Source of the DNA: Octopus sinensis
Taxonomy: Eukaryota
Direction of reading: 5' to 3'
DNA: 64,000 nt
Assembly: GCF_006345805.1 (NCBI RefSeq)
Contig: NC_043004.1
Coordinates: 106,950,001 to 107,014,000, forward strand
Positions within the stretch are counted from its first letter, which is position 1. Every line of letters begins with the position of its first letter. Under the pieces are notes generated by a model. The model ran no database searches. It saw only the letters and a program-made list of their open reading frames with translations, and was not told the DNA's origin. A program made the translations under genes and the position numbers. Positions 24,487-38,389 of the stretch are shown here, in pieces.

Positions 24487-26463
24487 TAGTTGTGGTAGTG
24501 GTAGTAGTAGTAGTAGTAGTAGTAAGTATTAATGAAGATCAAGATGTAGAGGTGGCGGTTGTGGTGCTGGTGGTGGTGCTGGTGGTGGTGCTAGCGCCGT
24601 TGATGATTGTAATGGCTGATAGTAGTGCTTTTTTGTTGACTGCGACTGAGGCTATTGCTTCTGGTAAGTATTATGGTGAACTGGTGGTGAGATGCAGTAC
24701 CTTCTTAAAGCATAGACACACCTGCAGTTACCCGGGAGCCTCACAGGTCCAGGATCCCTATTCTGATCTATGTATGCAGTGGCCTAGTGGGTAGATCACG
24801 AATGAGGTGGCCTTATAATATCCATAGTCTAGATTAGTCACGCTTGGGAATTCAGCAGAAAAGCTTAATGGCGGTTGCTTCAGATAGGAGCCCATGGGGA
24901 AGGTGCCTAAGGATTCTACCCCATCACTCTCCCAGAAATAGTGAGCGACGAAATTGAATGGTTGGATGGGTATGCTGTGGTTTACTGTCAATAATGATGA
25001 ATTTATTGTATACAGTGTTCAGGTGCTCTACAGACTCATCAGAAAACGTTGTCAAAAGTGCTTGAACAGTGCATAGAATAATGTACACGAAGTAAACGGT
25101 GAATAAGTCGTTAAAAACATTCGGTGCTACTTTAGCGTGCGGTCTAAATTGTGTTTTTTTTAATATGTATACAAATTCTTTATATATATATTACCGTTAT
25201 TGTTTTTACGTTTTTGTATTCTTATTGGTGTCACGTATTCTGTATTTTTGTTTGTGTACTTCGTTCGTTTTCCGTCCTCGCGTTGTATACATTCGAAGCT
25301 TTCTTCCAGGGGATCTAATGCGCTTGGCTTAGATTTCCCTTGGCGGGCTGGCCATATCGGAGCAATCTCAAGATTAATCAGCCGAAATTGCTAAGATGAT
25401 CTGGTTCTTGACTGATGACTGAGGGCTTCGAATGTCCCGTCCTGTGGTTCTTGTGTCGTCTCTGTGGTGTTTCATGTTCTTGTCCATGTCTGTAATTATT
25501 TTTACTGTTTACCTATATATATATATATATATATATACAAATAAGTTTTAATAAATAGAATGGTGTAATATTTTAGTGAACTTTTAAATCTGTGTTAAAC
25601 AACAATCAAGTTTGTATTTGTAGCATTTTCAATTTTAAAATTATCGCTCTGAAACTTGCTCTATGTACTTCACATGATGCAACGGACGTCACGAATGAGG
25701 TTGTTTGCAATGCGATGAAAAATTATACTACCATCATTATTATCATCACAACCATCATTATCAACAGCATTATCTTTTCTACCGAAATCGTTGCCGCCTA
25801 CGCAGGGCCGTTGTAGCTGCATTATAAGTCCCCGGGCAAATCATTGGACTGACCCCTATAGAATTTTTGGTGCTACTTTAGCATGCGGTCTACCTGGAAA
25901 TTTTCTTGAGATGTATAATATATTTGTTGTAATCTTTTGTGCCCATTATTTCAATGAGCTTGTTAAACTTTTTTATATGTCACCAAAGAATGTATATTTA
26001 TATGGATTATAGTACTCTGTGTCAACCAATATTCTGTGCATGTTTGAATATACAGATATAATACCAATATCAATTCCTTCTGGAAACTATCTTAAGCATG
26101 TCCTTGAGAACGATTATTTATGTAGTAATCTTTTGTGCCCAATATTTTAAGGAACTTGCTGAACTTTTTTATGTCCTTAACATGTCCCTGTTACCAAAGA
26201 CTGTATATATGTAATGTAGCAATTTGCAACAACCAATAATTAACGCAACCAAACTTCTACGTGTTACTTTTGACAATCTTTTTCCAAAGAGTGAAACCGG
26301 TAAAGTAAATAAACATCATTTAAATTGCATTTTCAAACCTTTCGTATATAATTCCACTTGTGCGGTACCCCACAACTCCACTTTGTTTATATATATATAT
26401 ATTATATATATATATATATCATCATCATCGTTTAAAGCGGACGTTAAACGATGATGATGATGA

Positions 26464-26523
<60 letters not shown>

Positions 26524-26528
<5 letters not shown>

Positions 26529-26827
26529 TGCAGCGTGGAAGGTGTTTGTAAGCCATTTAAGAAACACACAAAAGCCGTTCGATTCACTTCAACATTTAAG
26601 TTTAATTTGTCAAAGTATTTTCGTCGCTAAAATCCGCGACCTGTTCGCTGACAAAAATCCGTGCTGCAGCACAAAAATCCGAGATGCAGCACGGATTTTT
26701 GTCAGTGAACAGGTCACGGATTTTAGCGACGAAAATATTTTGACAAATTAAACTTAAATGTTGAAGTGAATCGAACGGCTTTTGTGTTTCTTAAATGGCT
26801 TACAAACACCTTCCACGCTGCAATTGT
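26524..26827. repeat. ~300-bp near-perfect palindrome (Penelope-like fold-back) carrying two hammerhead-like folds
   Basis: Arms at 26524-26668 and 26685-26827 with a 16-nt spacer. Confidence 0.92.
26698..26747 (+). ncRNA. Hammerhead-like fold with variant core GUGAACA (G3-C8); second copy at 26606-26655 on the minus strand
   Basis: Stem I TTTGTCA/TGACAAA, core GTGAACA plus one extra G, stem II GTC(A/G)C/GCGAC, GAAA, palindromic AATATT, then U. Confidence 0.6.
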
Positions 26828-26891
26828 TTTCGTTCCAGCACACGATCTCAGATCAAATCACTTGCTACGCAAGTCCATCTCCGTATATATG

Positions 26892-26967
<76 letters not shown>

Positions 26968-26970
<3 letters not shown>

Positions 26971-27369
26971 TTTACTTGTTTCAGTCATTTGACTGCGGCC
27001 ATGCTGGAGCACCGCCTTTGGTTGAGCAAATCGACCCCAGGACTTATTCTTTGGAAGCCTAGTACTTAATCTATCGGTCTCTTTTGCCGAACCGCTAAGT
27101 TACGGGGATGTAAACACCCCACCATCGGTTGTCAAGTGATGTTGGGAGGTGGGGACAAACAGACTCACAAACATACACGCACACATATATATATACATAT
27201 AAACGACGGGCTTCTTTCAGTTTCCGTCTACCAAATCCACTCACAAGGCTTTGGTCGGCCCGAGGCTATAGTAGAAGGCACTTGCCCAAGGTGCCACGGA
27301 GTGGGACTGAAGCCGGAACCATGTGGATGGTAAGCAAGCTACTTACCACACAGCCACTCCTACGCCTAG
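26968..27369 (-). mobile_element. SINE family 1, full length
   Basis: Head-to-tail match. Confidence 0.92.
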
Positions 27370-27648
27370 ATATATGTGTGTGTGTGTGTGTGTGTATAAT
27401 AGATAGAGAGAGCGAGAGAAAGAGATGTATGTATAATTCACATGCATGCATGCATACATACATATATTCGAAATCAAAAAGGATGCAAAGCACACCGTGA
27501 AAAGGGATGTATAACAACATCGGATAGTCTAGTCAATCACATTATATCAAATGGTAAATATAGATTCTCGTGAATTCCATTTTCTGTTTCTCTCCTTTGT
27601 TTTATGTATGTGTGTGTGTGTGTGTGTGTAAGTGTATGCGTGTTTATA

Positions 27649-28140
<492 letters not shown>

Positions 28141-28587
28141 CAGTTATAAGCACACAAACATACACATATAGATACGCTGTGTGTTGTTTATCTCTGTGTG
28201 TATGTGTGTATGTGCGCGCATGCGAACATGTATGTATGTGTGTGTGTGTGTGTGTGGTTGTGTGTGTGTGTGTGTGGTTGTGTGTGTGTGTGTGTGTGTG
28301 CACGTGTGCCCTACTTTCCATTGCAATAAAATCTCATATTCAAGCTACCCCCGTCCTCTCGCAGACGACTTTTAAGCTTTCCAGCCAACACTAGCGTCAC
28401 AACCCTTCTCACATTCCGGGCCGAATGATATATTAGCACCGTCGCCCCATATCTTTTTAACCCTAAATTTGTCTCAGCTTTTATTATAATTCCTTTATAA
28501 GCTGTGTTCAAATCTTACCCAGTCAGCTGCCTCTCTTCGTTCCGAGTTCAATTACGTAAGTACCAAACAAGTACAGAGATCAAGATA

Positions 28588-30273
28588 CAGGCATACCTCA
28601 CCCTACGTCATTAATTGGTTCCAGGAGACGCGACGTACGCCGAAAAACGACTTAAGTCGAATTAACTTGTCTCTAGGCTAAAACAATAATAACCATTCCC
28701 AGTTCTGTACTTTATGAATACACTTTCAATAATACTTGGTTGATAAAAACCTATTTTAAGCTTACAAAGAAATAATTTTTATTTTTTAATACAGTACAAT
28801 AAAATATAAAAAAAAGTAATCTAAATTTACGAATACAATTTGGCGGTGTTTAACGTGCGTCGCGGACGCTTTATTTATGAATGCGGTTTATAATAAGACA
28901 TGGTAAAATAAAAACCCTTTTTAAGCTTAAAAAACAAATTCAGTAACTATTATTATTTTGCAATACGTACATACAATTTGGTGGTTTACATCGCGGATGT
29001 AGATGGCTGTGGATCGTCAACATCAACAGTTGACTCTGGCAGTTCTTGTTGTTCGATGCGCTCAAAAAACCTGTTGAGAGTTCCTTGAACTGTCTTCTTT
29101 TCCTTAAGGATTACATTATAAGGAGCAAAAGCTTCATGACAAGCCTTAATCTTGGAAAAGTGTTGAGCATTTGGATCCATATCTTCAAACATAGAAATAC
29201 CTTTTTCGCTATATGCAAATGCTTTCTGCATTTTCTTAATGGTAAAGTGACGTGGCTCAGGTTCGATCCCTCTTCTTTATTTGGCTGTTCGTGAAGCTCT
29301 ACCAAATCCTCGTTCGTCAAGGGCTGCTTGTCTTTTTCAAATAAATCTGTGAAATCCTCCTCCAAGTGATAACTTCTTCGCTCCTTAAATCTCATGAACC
29401 ATCCTTGACTTATCTTGAACTCTATATTTTTCTCATCTGGGTATTTTTTCTTCAGGTCCTCAAACAAAGACAACGTTTTCTCTTGAATGATTTCTTGACT
29501 AATAGTAGCACGCTCAAAAGTCAACCTAACAATCCAATGAGAAAGAAGACTTTCCATTTCTTCAAAGATTTTGCCCTTTTTCTTATTGATGATAGTGTTC
29601 TTCATCCCCAGGGCTTCAGATTTAAAATGTGCTAAAATCTTGTCCTTATTATGTTCAATCGTCGATAGAGTTGTCCGACTCATCCCAAAAGATTGTGCAA
29701 TTGCTACCACTTTTTCACCTTTTCCATGGCCAGTTTATCTTTCAGCTTTATAGCATGACGCTTAGCACTTTCACTATGAATATCCATAGAAGCCATGGGG
29801 GCGAAACATAAAGTCACAAATGAATGAGAATGAGAAAGTAGCCGATAAACAGACGTAAACAAATCTGAATTCAAAACAATCGCGGGAATCACGAGTGACA
29901 ACGACGCCTAACGGTAGATATTGGAACTACAGTGCAATATGAGCTCCGAAAGACCGATAAATAAGACAACACAACTGATTTCATGACTTCATTCACTGAG
30001 CTACACTACTTTATGGTGTGTGTCTTAACGTTTACTGTACGTATTTTAATATGATTTCATATGTTTTTATTCTTATTTATTGTAAACTAACATGATTTTA
30101 TGTGCTTTTAACGGTTTTCTAGTGATTTTACGATTCTAATATTCGCGTTGTATAGACGTAAAGTCGAGTAAAATGTCTTAACTTGATTTTTATTTTTCCA
30201 TATATTGTTTTTGAAAACCGACGTATACTCGAGAACAACTTAAATCGAGACGATCTAAGCCGAGGTATGCCTA
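28588..30273 (-). mobile_element. Tigger/pogo-family DNA transposon with the DDE domain deleted
   Basis: TIRs CAGGCATACCTC / GAGGTATGCCTA with TA flanks. ORF 29111-29710 has an HTH (IAQSFGMSRTTLSTI) and a CENP-B/Tc5-type HTH (FKISQGWFMRFKER) fused to the C-terminal region. Confidence 0.88.
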
Positions 30274-31333
30274 TATACATATACATACACACAAACAGAC
30301 ACACACGTGTTTGTGCGTGTGTACGTGTGTTTGTGTGCACGCGCGTTTGTGTGTATGTGTGTGTGAAAAATGTTTTTCTCTAATTAAAAACTATTAATTA
30401 CATAGAAAATCTTTAAAAAAAACAAGCAGGTTAACACAGACCTGATGGAAGGAAGTTTTGTGTAAGCGCTTTTTGGTGTTCTTAGCTTTTCAAATACATG
30501 TGTTATACACATAAAATTATATACAAGTTACCTATCGCTGTGTTGTGTATGAAACACACATTGTATTTCAAATAACAACTTTGTGAAATTAGATTTATTT
30601 TGTGAGGAGTGGTGAGTCCCGGCCAATGATGGAAACAGAGTATACGCTGTGCGACAGCTTTTCACCGGTTATCAATTTATGAGTGTGATAAGGAGCCTAA
30701 AAGTTTTAAGCCCTTCCTCCATTTCCAATTTTAGCGTCATGGATCTCAAAGTACCTTTAATGCTTAAAACCAATTTCCATCACTGATCCCAGCATTTCTG
30801 CAAAGTTCAGTTCACAAGTAATTTTTTTCTTCATTTAGCTGTATTAATAAATTTAATAAAATAATTGTTGGAGTTGTTGTACATGCCCCTTACAATATAT
30901 CTTTGTTGCCTTACTGGATAATTTACTGAACATCTAAAAAAAGGCAAAGGGAATGAACCCCTACAGAAAATCTGATGGGAGGGACCCTGTACTTAACCAA
31001 CATCCGGTATCCTTTGCGACTTCATGAATGCTGCGAACATATTGACTTCTTTTTCTTTCGTGCTATATCCTTGAGAGGAGAAGTGGTAAGTCTACTTGGG
31101 GTTAGGCACTTGCAACCCAGGATAGCAGAGGTGATTCAGTTACTGTCTCTGTAATACCATCAACCAACGACGAAAAAGACCAACCACACTGTCGCATATT
31201 GAGAGAAATGTAGACCAGGAAAATTACGAATGAATAATGCAATGAAAACCTAACTACAAGTATCCTGATCTTTTAGAATTTAAATTTAGGCACAAAAAAG
31301 AATCCAGAAAACAGTGACTAAGGACGTATTTAG

Positions 31334-31447
<114 letters not shown>

Positions 31448-32046
31448 TAACATGTAGCCCAGTACAACCTGTTGCATGGTCCGGTCGTCGGCGACTACGC
31501 AGCGATGTGGAAACACCTGATGCCCAGGCGCTTGGTTGGCCCACTGAAAGTTGTCACATCTCTCTGGGAGAGGAAAACTCTGAGAGAAAACCTGCGACAC
31601 AAACAATATTCGATGATGTAGACTAGTTCTTCTTTTCGAGATTATATTGTCCATGTTCAGAGAGTGGGATTGGATTTGTGCAAATCCTCTCCCCACTTAA
31701 AAAAAAAAGACCTATCACAAAAATGGCTGGTCGTAACCTTCGCATGTGTTGGTCATAAGAACAGGCGATGGCAATACTCGAATACGAATTTACAGCCATC
31801 ATGTGTGTGTGTGTGTGTGTGTTTGTGTGTGTGTAAAAAAGAATCATATGGCAGTGTGATTTGATGTCAGTTTATCGTCATCTGCTAGAAGATGATAGAA
31901 GTTCGCTTCCCTGCTTGCAATACATATATGGGGTGTAGATTGCATCGATAACCAGCCGGAGGAGGCTCCTCCTGGGGTTAAAAACGGTAAACACGTCGAT
32001 TCTTATGGAACAGCCACATTGATCCCTTACAGAGATTTTCTAACTT

Positions 32047-32610
32047 TTGGGTTGTCCGGAAAGTTCTTGCCGATTTATAGTAACTTACCTTTCGACTTAT
32101 TTTAGAACATGGTTGAGTCCATAAAATAGGATTTGACTACACCTCCATTTAGAGCACAGTTTAAGCTATCTTTTCGTGGAAGAAGATTTATGTTTCTATA
32201 ACCTGTGTTAATTCTGTAACCCTTTAAAATGGAAGACAAAAAAGTTCATTTTCGGCACTTGATGCTTTGGGAACCAGGCAAAAATTGCTGCAGATCAGCT
32301 GGGATGTGCTACTCCACCTTCCATATTCTCCAGATATTGCTCCTTCGGATTTCCACTTATTTAGGTCTCTGCAGAATAGTCTTAATGGTAAAAATTTCAA
32401 TTCCATGGATGACGTAAAAAGATACCTTGATGAATTCTTTGCCATGAAACCACCTGTTCTGGGAAGAGGGCATTTTCAAGTTAAAGGAAAGATGGAGACG
32501 CATTGTGCAACAAAATGGTTCATATTTGGTTGATTAAAAACGTAATGGCAAGTATTTATTGACCTTTTCCTTTCCTTTAAAAATCGGCACGAACTTTATG
32601 GACAACCCAA
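32047..32610 (+). mobile_element. Internally deleted mariner, same derivative as 4952-5518
   Basis: Same TIRs, same deletion junction, PYSPDIAPSDFHLF motif. Confidence 0.92.
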
Positions 32611-32946
32611 TAGCTACTTTGCTAATTGAAAAACTATTGATCGAAAATAGTTGACAAAAGAGAACATTTTTTGCGAAGAATTCGTTTCCCACCAATAGGG
32701 GAATGGTGATGATAAGGGTCGAAGTTTGAACTCACTAAGCAAAGTGCCAAAACAGACGCTACAAGATTCTAACACTTCCTCAAATCCATCACCACTATGG
32801 GCTAGTATGTCATTTACCGATCCTTGGAAAGGATAAAAGACCGAATTCTTCAGAATGCAGACAGCCGGAATAGATACTGCAACACATTCTAGCAACACTA
32901 ACAATTCTTCCACCCCGCCACATTTGAAAAGACAATTTAATAGAAT

Positions 32947-33809
32947 ATCGGTTTCAATTCTAGCACAAGGCTAGCAGCTTTGGGGAGGGGATTAGTCGAT
33001 TACATCGTCCCCAGTGCTCTAAGAATGAAAAACAAAGTCGACTCCTGTGGCATCAGAACTCAGAACGTAAAGACACGAAATGCCGCCAAGTATTTTGCCC
33101 GGTGCGGTAACAACTCTGCCAGTTCGCCGCCTTGGAATTTAATAGAATGTTCTTTTCTACTTTAGGCACAAGGCTCGAAATTTTGGGGGAGGGGACCAGT
33201 CGATTAGATCGACCCCAGTACGCAACTGGTACTTAATTTATTGACCCCAAATGGATGAAAAGCAAAGTCGACCTCGGCGGAATTTGAACTCATACTGTAA
33301 AGACAGACGAAATATTTCTAAGCATTTCACCCGGCGTGCTAACGATTCTTATTTCTTTATTTCCCACAAGGGGCTAAACACAGAGGGGACAAACAAGGAC
33401 AGACAAAGGGATTAAGTCAATTACATCGACCCCAGTGCATAACTGGTACTTAATTTATCGACCCCGAAAGGATGAAAGGTAAAGTCGACCTCGGCTGGAT
33501 TTGAACTCAGAACGCAGCAGCGGACGAAATATCACAAAGCATTTCGCCCGGCGTGCTAACGTTTCTGCCAGCACACCGCCCTTGAGAAGAATATTCTTTT
33601 CTACTCTAGGCGCAAGGCCCGAAATTTTGCAGGAGGAGCCAATCGATTAGATCGATCCAGTACGCAACTGGCACTTAATTTATTGACTTCGAAAGGATGA
33701 AAGGCAAAGTCAACCTCGGCGGAATTTGAACTCGGAACGTAACGGCAGACGAAATGCCGCAAAGCATTTCGCCCGGCGCGGCAATGACTCTGCCAGCTCG
33801 TTGCCTTAG
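32947..33809 (-). mobile_element. Cluster of four co-oriented SINE family 2 copies (tails A and B)
   Basis: Repeated GAAAGGATGAAAGGCAAAGTCGACCTCGG bodies; flanking AATTTAATAGAAT occurs three times. Confidence 0.88.
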
Positions 33810-35176
33810 AATTTAATAGGATATTAAAATGTCATTTCTCATTTTTTAGGTTTCTCTTTCTATGTTTCTCTTTATCAAAGAACATTGATACCCAAACACT
33901 TCTTCCATACCTCTCCCTATATATTACTACATCTCTCTCTATAGAACTCCTAACCTTATATTTATATATTTCCCCCTTTCATTCCTTCTTACCATTTTTT
34001 TCTTTCCTTTCTTTTCATTCCATCATTTCTGCTCTGATTTCCAATTCCTTTGACTTGTCACTCGTTTCACATTTCTTTTTCATATATATTCTTGCATATT
34101 TTTTCTCATATGTTTAGTTTCTTTTTCAAATTGCTTTTTTTTTTACCATTTTTATCCTGTTTCTTCCTTTTTTTATCATATTTTTAAAGCTATTTTCATT
34201 CCCACCCCACCCTTTTCGTTCTGTCTCACTTCTATATCTTTTTCATCTTTATTCTCTTCAGCCTTTCTCGTGTTTCTTCACCTCACTAAATAACTCCCCT
34301 CACCAAATAACTCTCGCTCTCCTTTAACTCTAACCCTTCTGTCCTCTTTTTCACACTTCTCTACACTCTCACACAAAGCTGTCTTCCCTCCTATCATTTT
34401 CCACCTCTCTCCATCCTCTCTTTCTCCATTCTATGTACTGCACTTTAAAGCAACAATTCGTCACTCTTACCTCAAATGGCGATAAACTTATCAGAATTTA
34501 TACGAAGGAGGCCAAATAAAGAAACCAAAAGAAACAAGCAAACAAAAAGTGTCGTTTGTCTGCAGATTCTGAGGAATGTAAAGAAGAGATTTCACAAGAT
34601 AAAGCCCCCTTGATAACAGGATATGGTATCAGATAGTATTTCAAGAAGTTGACGTTAGAATTCGATGTTTCCGAAGGGCCGACTCGCTTTGTAGGTCAGA
34701 CAACTTCAATGGTGCTTCATATCACTATATTTGTGTTTCATATCTATATCTATTGTAAGTTGACATGATTGATACCTCTCGCTTGTAATGTCTTCTTTAT
34801 ATTCTGAAAGCAAAATTGTAGCTGAACCCCAAGGCCAGCCCTGATGAAGAGAATTTCGGTTTGCAGAGAAATTTCGTTGCTACTTCTAGCAGAGTGTGCG
34901 ACCGTATAGACACTTTTGTTGGTTCATCTTATTTGATTCGTTATATCCTGTTATCAACAGGGATTTACAGAGTACGATTTCGTCTGTTACCAATGGTGCT
35001 TTACATTGTGCGATCTATTCCGTTATCAAGGAGGCTTTATATTGTGCGATCGCTTCTGTTACCAAGGGGGCTCGGCTCGGTTTGGCTTAGCTCAGCTTAA
35101 TTAGATGCTTGCTTAATCAGTTAATTAATTAGTTAAACAAGCACAGAAGGTCACCAACTCCCATCAGTTGTCACCC

Positions 35177-35215
<39 letters not shown>

Positions 35216-35217
<2 letters not shown>

Positions 35218-36486
35218 GAGAGGTTGGTCAAAATAATGGAAACACCTTAAAATTTCAAACAAATTTATTTTAATACGGCGTAGAACCGTCTTTGGCAGTA
35301 ATTACAGCTTGAATTCTGCGAGGTATGGACTCGTACAAAGTTTTGATTGTTTCCAAAGGAATTTTTGTCCATTCTTCAGCTAAAACAGTCTCCAGTTCTT
35401 GTAGGAATGATGGTGGAGGATATCGATTCCTTACTTGATTTTTATTTTAATGCACCATAAATGTTCAATAATATTGATATCTGGGAACTGTGGTGGCCAG
35501 ATAAGATGTTCAACTCCACTAGAATGTTCCTCGTGCCATTCAGTAACAACTTTAGCTGTGTGAATTAGTGCATCATCATCTTGAAAGATTGCGTTTCCCT
35601 CTGGAAACAGTTCCGCAACAATAGGATGAATTTGATCAGATAAAATGCTTAAATAGATTTCACTATTAATTCTGCCATAAAGGGAAGCCACTGGACCGGC
35701 GGATTTCCAAGATATAGCCCCCACCCCACCCCGATCATCACAGATCCTCCTCCATGTTTAACAGTTGGAAGAAGGCAGTCTCGGTCAAATGCTTCTTCTG
35801 GCTGTCTCCACAGGTATACTCGTTCGGTGGTCGGAAATAAGGTAAAGGATGACTCGTCCGAGAAAATAACATTCTTTCACTACTGTATGGACAAATTCTG
35901 TAGGTTTTTACTCCACTCTAAACGTTTTGCAACGTTTGTTTTTGAAAGTAGTGGTTTTCTGATTGCAGCCCTCCCGTGATATCCGGCTTTGTGTAGCTCC
36001 CGGCGAACAGTTTGTGTGGAAACTGGGTTCTTGAGGTGGCCATTAAGCTCTGCAGTAATCTTGGGAGCTATACTCTTGTGATCCTTTCTAACAATTCGCA
36101 TAAGAGTCCGACGATCCATATCTGAAAATTTTGGTTTTTTCCGGAGTTTTGTTACGACGGGGAGGTTTTTTCCCTCTTTCTCAAATGCTGTCGTTACTTT
36201 CGAGACAGTACTTTTTGATACCCCAAACATTTTGGCTGTTTTCGTTACGCTAGCTCCTGCCATACGAGCACCAACAATTTGACCTCTTTGAATGTCCGAT
36301 AGATCTATCATTTCGATGAATTTTAATTACCTTTTTCTGATGATATCTGAAAAGAAACAGCAATTTTAGCAAAACATATTAAGCAACACTAACAATAAAT
36401 CAAAAATCATAAAAATAAACAAGCTTTTAGATATTTCAAAATTATGGTGCTATGATGCGAGGTGTTTCCATTATTTTCTTTAACCC

Positions 36487-36489
<3 letters not shown>
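35216..36489 (-). mobile_element. Tc1-family transposon (DD34E-type), near full length, frameshifted
   Basis: TIRs share AAAATAATGGAAACACCT; inserted in (TA)n. LSDIQRGQIVG, RKPLLS, FQDDDALIH and WPPQFPDINIIEHLW motifs. Confidence 0.93.
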
Positions 36490-36561
<72 letters not shown>

Positions 36562-37447
36562 CCTGCTCGCTTAGCCAGCGGGGTGGCCATTCGAAGGCTA
36601 AAACAATGCGAACGCATTGTGACCAGCGATGTGTAACAACATCTGATGGTCTGGTCGGTCACGTGATCACGTGATATATATATATATACGTGTGCGTGTG
36701 TGTGTTTGTGTGTGTGTCCCATCCTCGCTCGACAACGGTGTTGGTATGTTTACATCGCGTAACCTTAGTGGTTCTGCAAAAAGAAACCGATAGAATCAGT
36801 ACCAGCCTTTTAAGAAATAAGTACTTGGGGTGAATTCGTTCGACTAAGATTCTTCAAAGCAGTACCCCAGCATGGGCGCAATCTAATATATGAAACAAGT
36901 ACATGATAAAAGAATAAGCAACTGGTACTTTATGCATCATCTCCAAAAGAATGAAAAGTAAAAGTTTATGCATCAACAAGATTTGATCTCATATCGCTGT
37001 AATAATACGAAGTATTGTGACGAGAAAAGCTAATTGTGGTGGTTTGTTTTGTTAAGAGACGGTCGATAAGCAACTTAATTGATGTATGTTGCAGCTGCGT
37101 CTGTCCAGTTGACCTTTCATTTAACACGTGCTCTTTTATTCCGAGTATTTTATAGTTGACAGTCTTTCACAACCTTCTTTAGCATGCAGACATTCATAGA
37201 AACATACATACATGCATACCTACGTCGCATACATTACTACACACACACACTTTTGTTCGCACATAAACCTATATGTCTTCTATCTTGTTTCAGTCAATAG
37301 ACTGCGGTCATGCTGGGGCACTGCCTTCGAGAATTTTAGCCAAACGAACCGACCCCAGTACTTCTTTTTAAAGTTTGGTAATTATTCACTTATTTTATTG
37401 GTCATTTTGCCGAAACACTAAGTTACGGAGACGTAAACACACACACA

Positions 37448-37507
<60 letters not shown>

Positions 37508-37513
<6 letters not shown>

Positions 37514-38389
37514 AGACACCTTGCTACATGCAATCTATCCCTATGCATAGCATTCGTAGAAACTCACCTCAGCCCTGATATAGAGGATGCAGAAGTACAC
37601 GTACCAAAATATGCCATACTGCGAACATACAGAAGGGAATGGAGCCATGGTGGAGTTGCTGTATACATCTGTGAAGATCTCACACCCCAGATCTTACTGT
37701 CATACTCAAATTCGGTGTGTCACACTCTAATTGTATATATAAGACAACATAATATAGTCATATGCAATACATATTGCCCACCGGATGCTCCAAACCACAT
37801 AGGCAAGTTTGAAGATTGCCTCACAAGAATTAAAGAAATACTCATGAAACTGGAACACCATGTAACCATATTTCTTATGCGTGATTTTTACTTCCCCAGC
37901 GTCAAGTGGCCCGAATGTCTCATACTCTCAGGAATGACTCCTTGGAAGCTCAACCTCACCAATGCCCTATCCATGGAGCTAGCTGTACTCAGACCAACTA
38001 GGGCGAATAACATTCTGGATCGCTGCTTCACGAACAATATGGACATCATTCATGATGTGAAAGGGACGCCAACATTAGTCTCGGATCACAAAGTAATAGA
38101 GCTGTCTATGTTTGGGCCGAAAGTAACCAGAGACATACAGCCTAAAGAAAGCACCCGAAATCTCTCCAATCTGAACTTCCACAAAGCAGACTGGAAATCG
38201 ATCCAAAAAGAAATCCTCAGAGAGGACTGGCCAGAATGTCTCTCCACACCAGACATTGACATGAAGCTAGAATGTTTCATGTCTGTTGTGCAAGCCATAT
38301 GCCAGAAATATGTCCCAGTGCACAAGACCAAAACAAATAGGAACAAGTTTCCAAGGGAGAGGAAGACCTTCCATTTGTTCTTAATGTGA
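37508..38389 (+). mobile_element. CR1/L2-type LINE apurinic-like endonuclease region (293-codon open frame, no RT)
   Basis: FVETHL, GGVAVYI, YCPP, RDFY (GDFN equivalent), PTRANNILDRCF, SDH and NFHKADW motifs. Confidence 0.85.

Noticed and set aside
24480-24662. Hydrophobic frame ending at a G|GTAAGT phase-1 donor as an alternative signal-peptide exon
   Set aside because: The hydrophobicity comes from GTA/GTG triplet repeats; the exon at 39487 has a better start context and a normal signal-peptide composition.
25305-25400. Three-way fold with GGCT/AGCC-GAAA and ATCT/AGAT resembling a hammerhead
   Set aside because: The core segment (AATGCGCTT) lacks G5, A6, G8 and A9.
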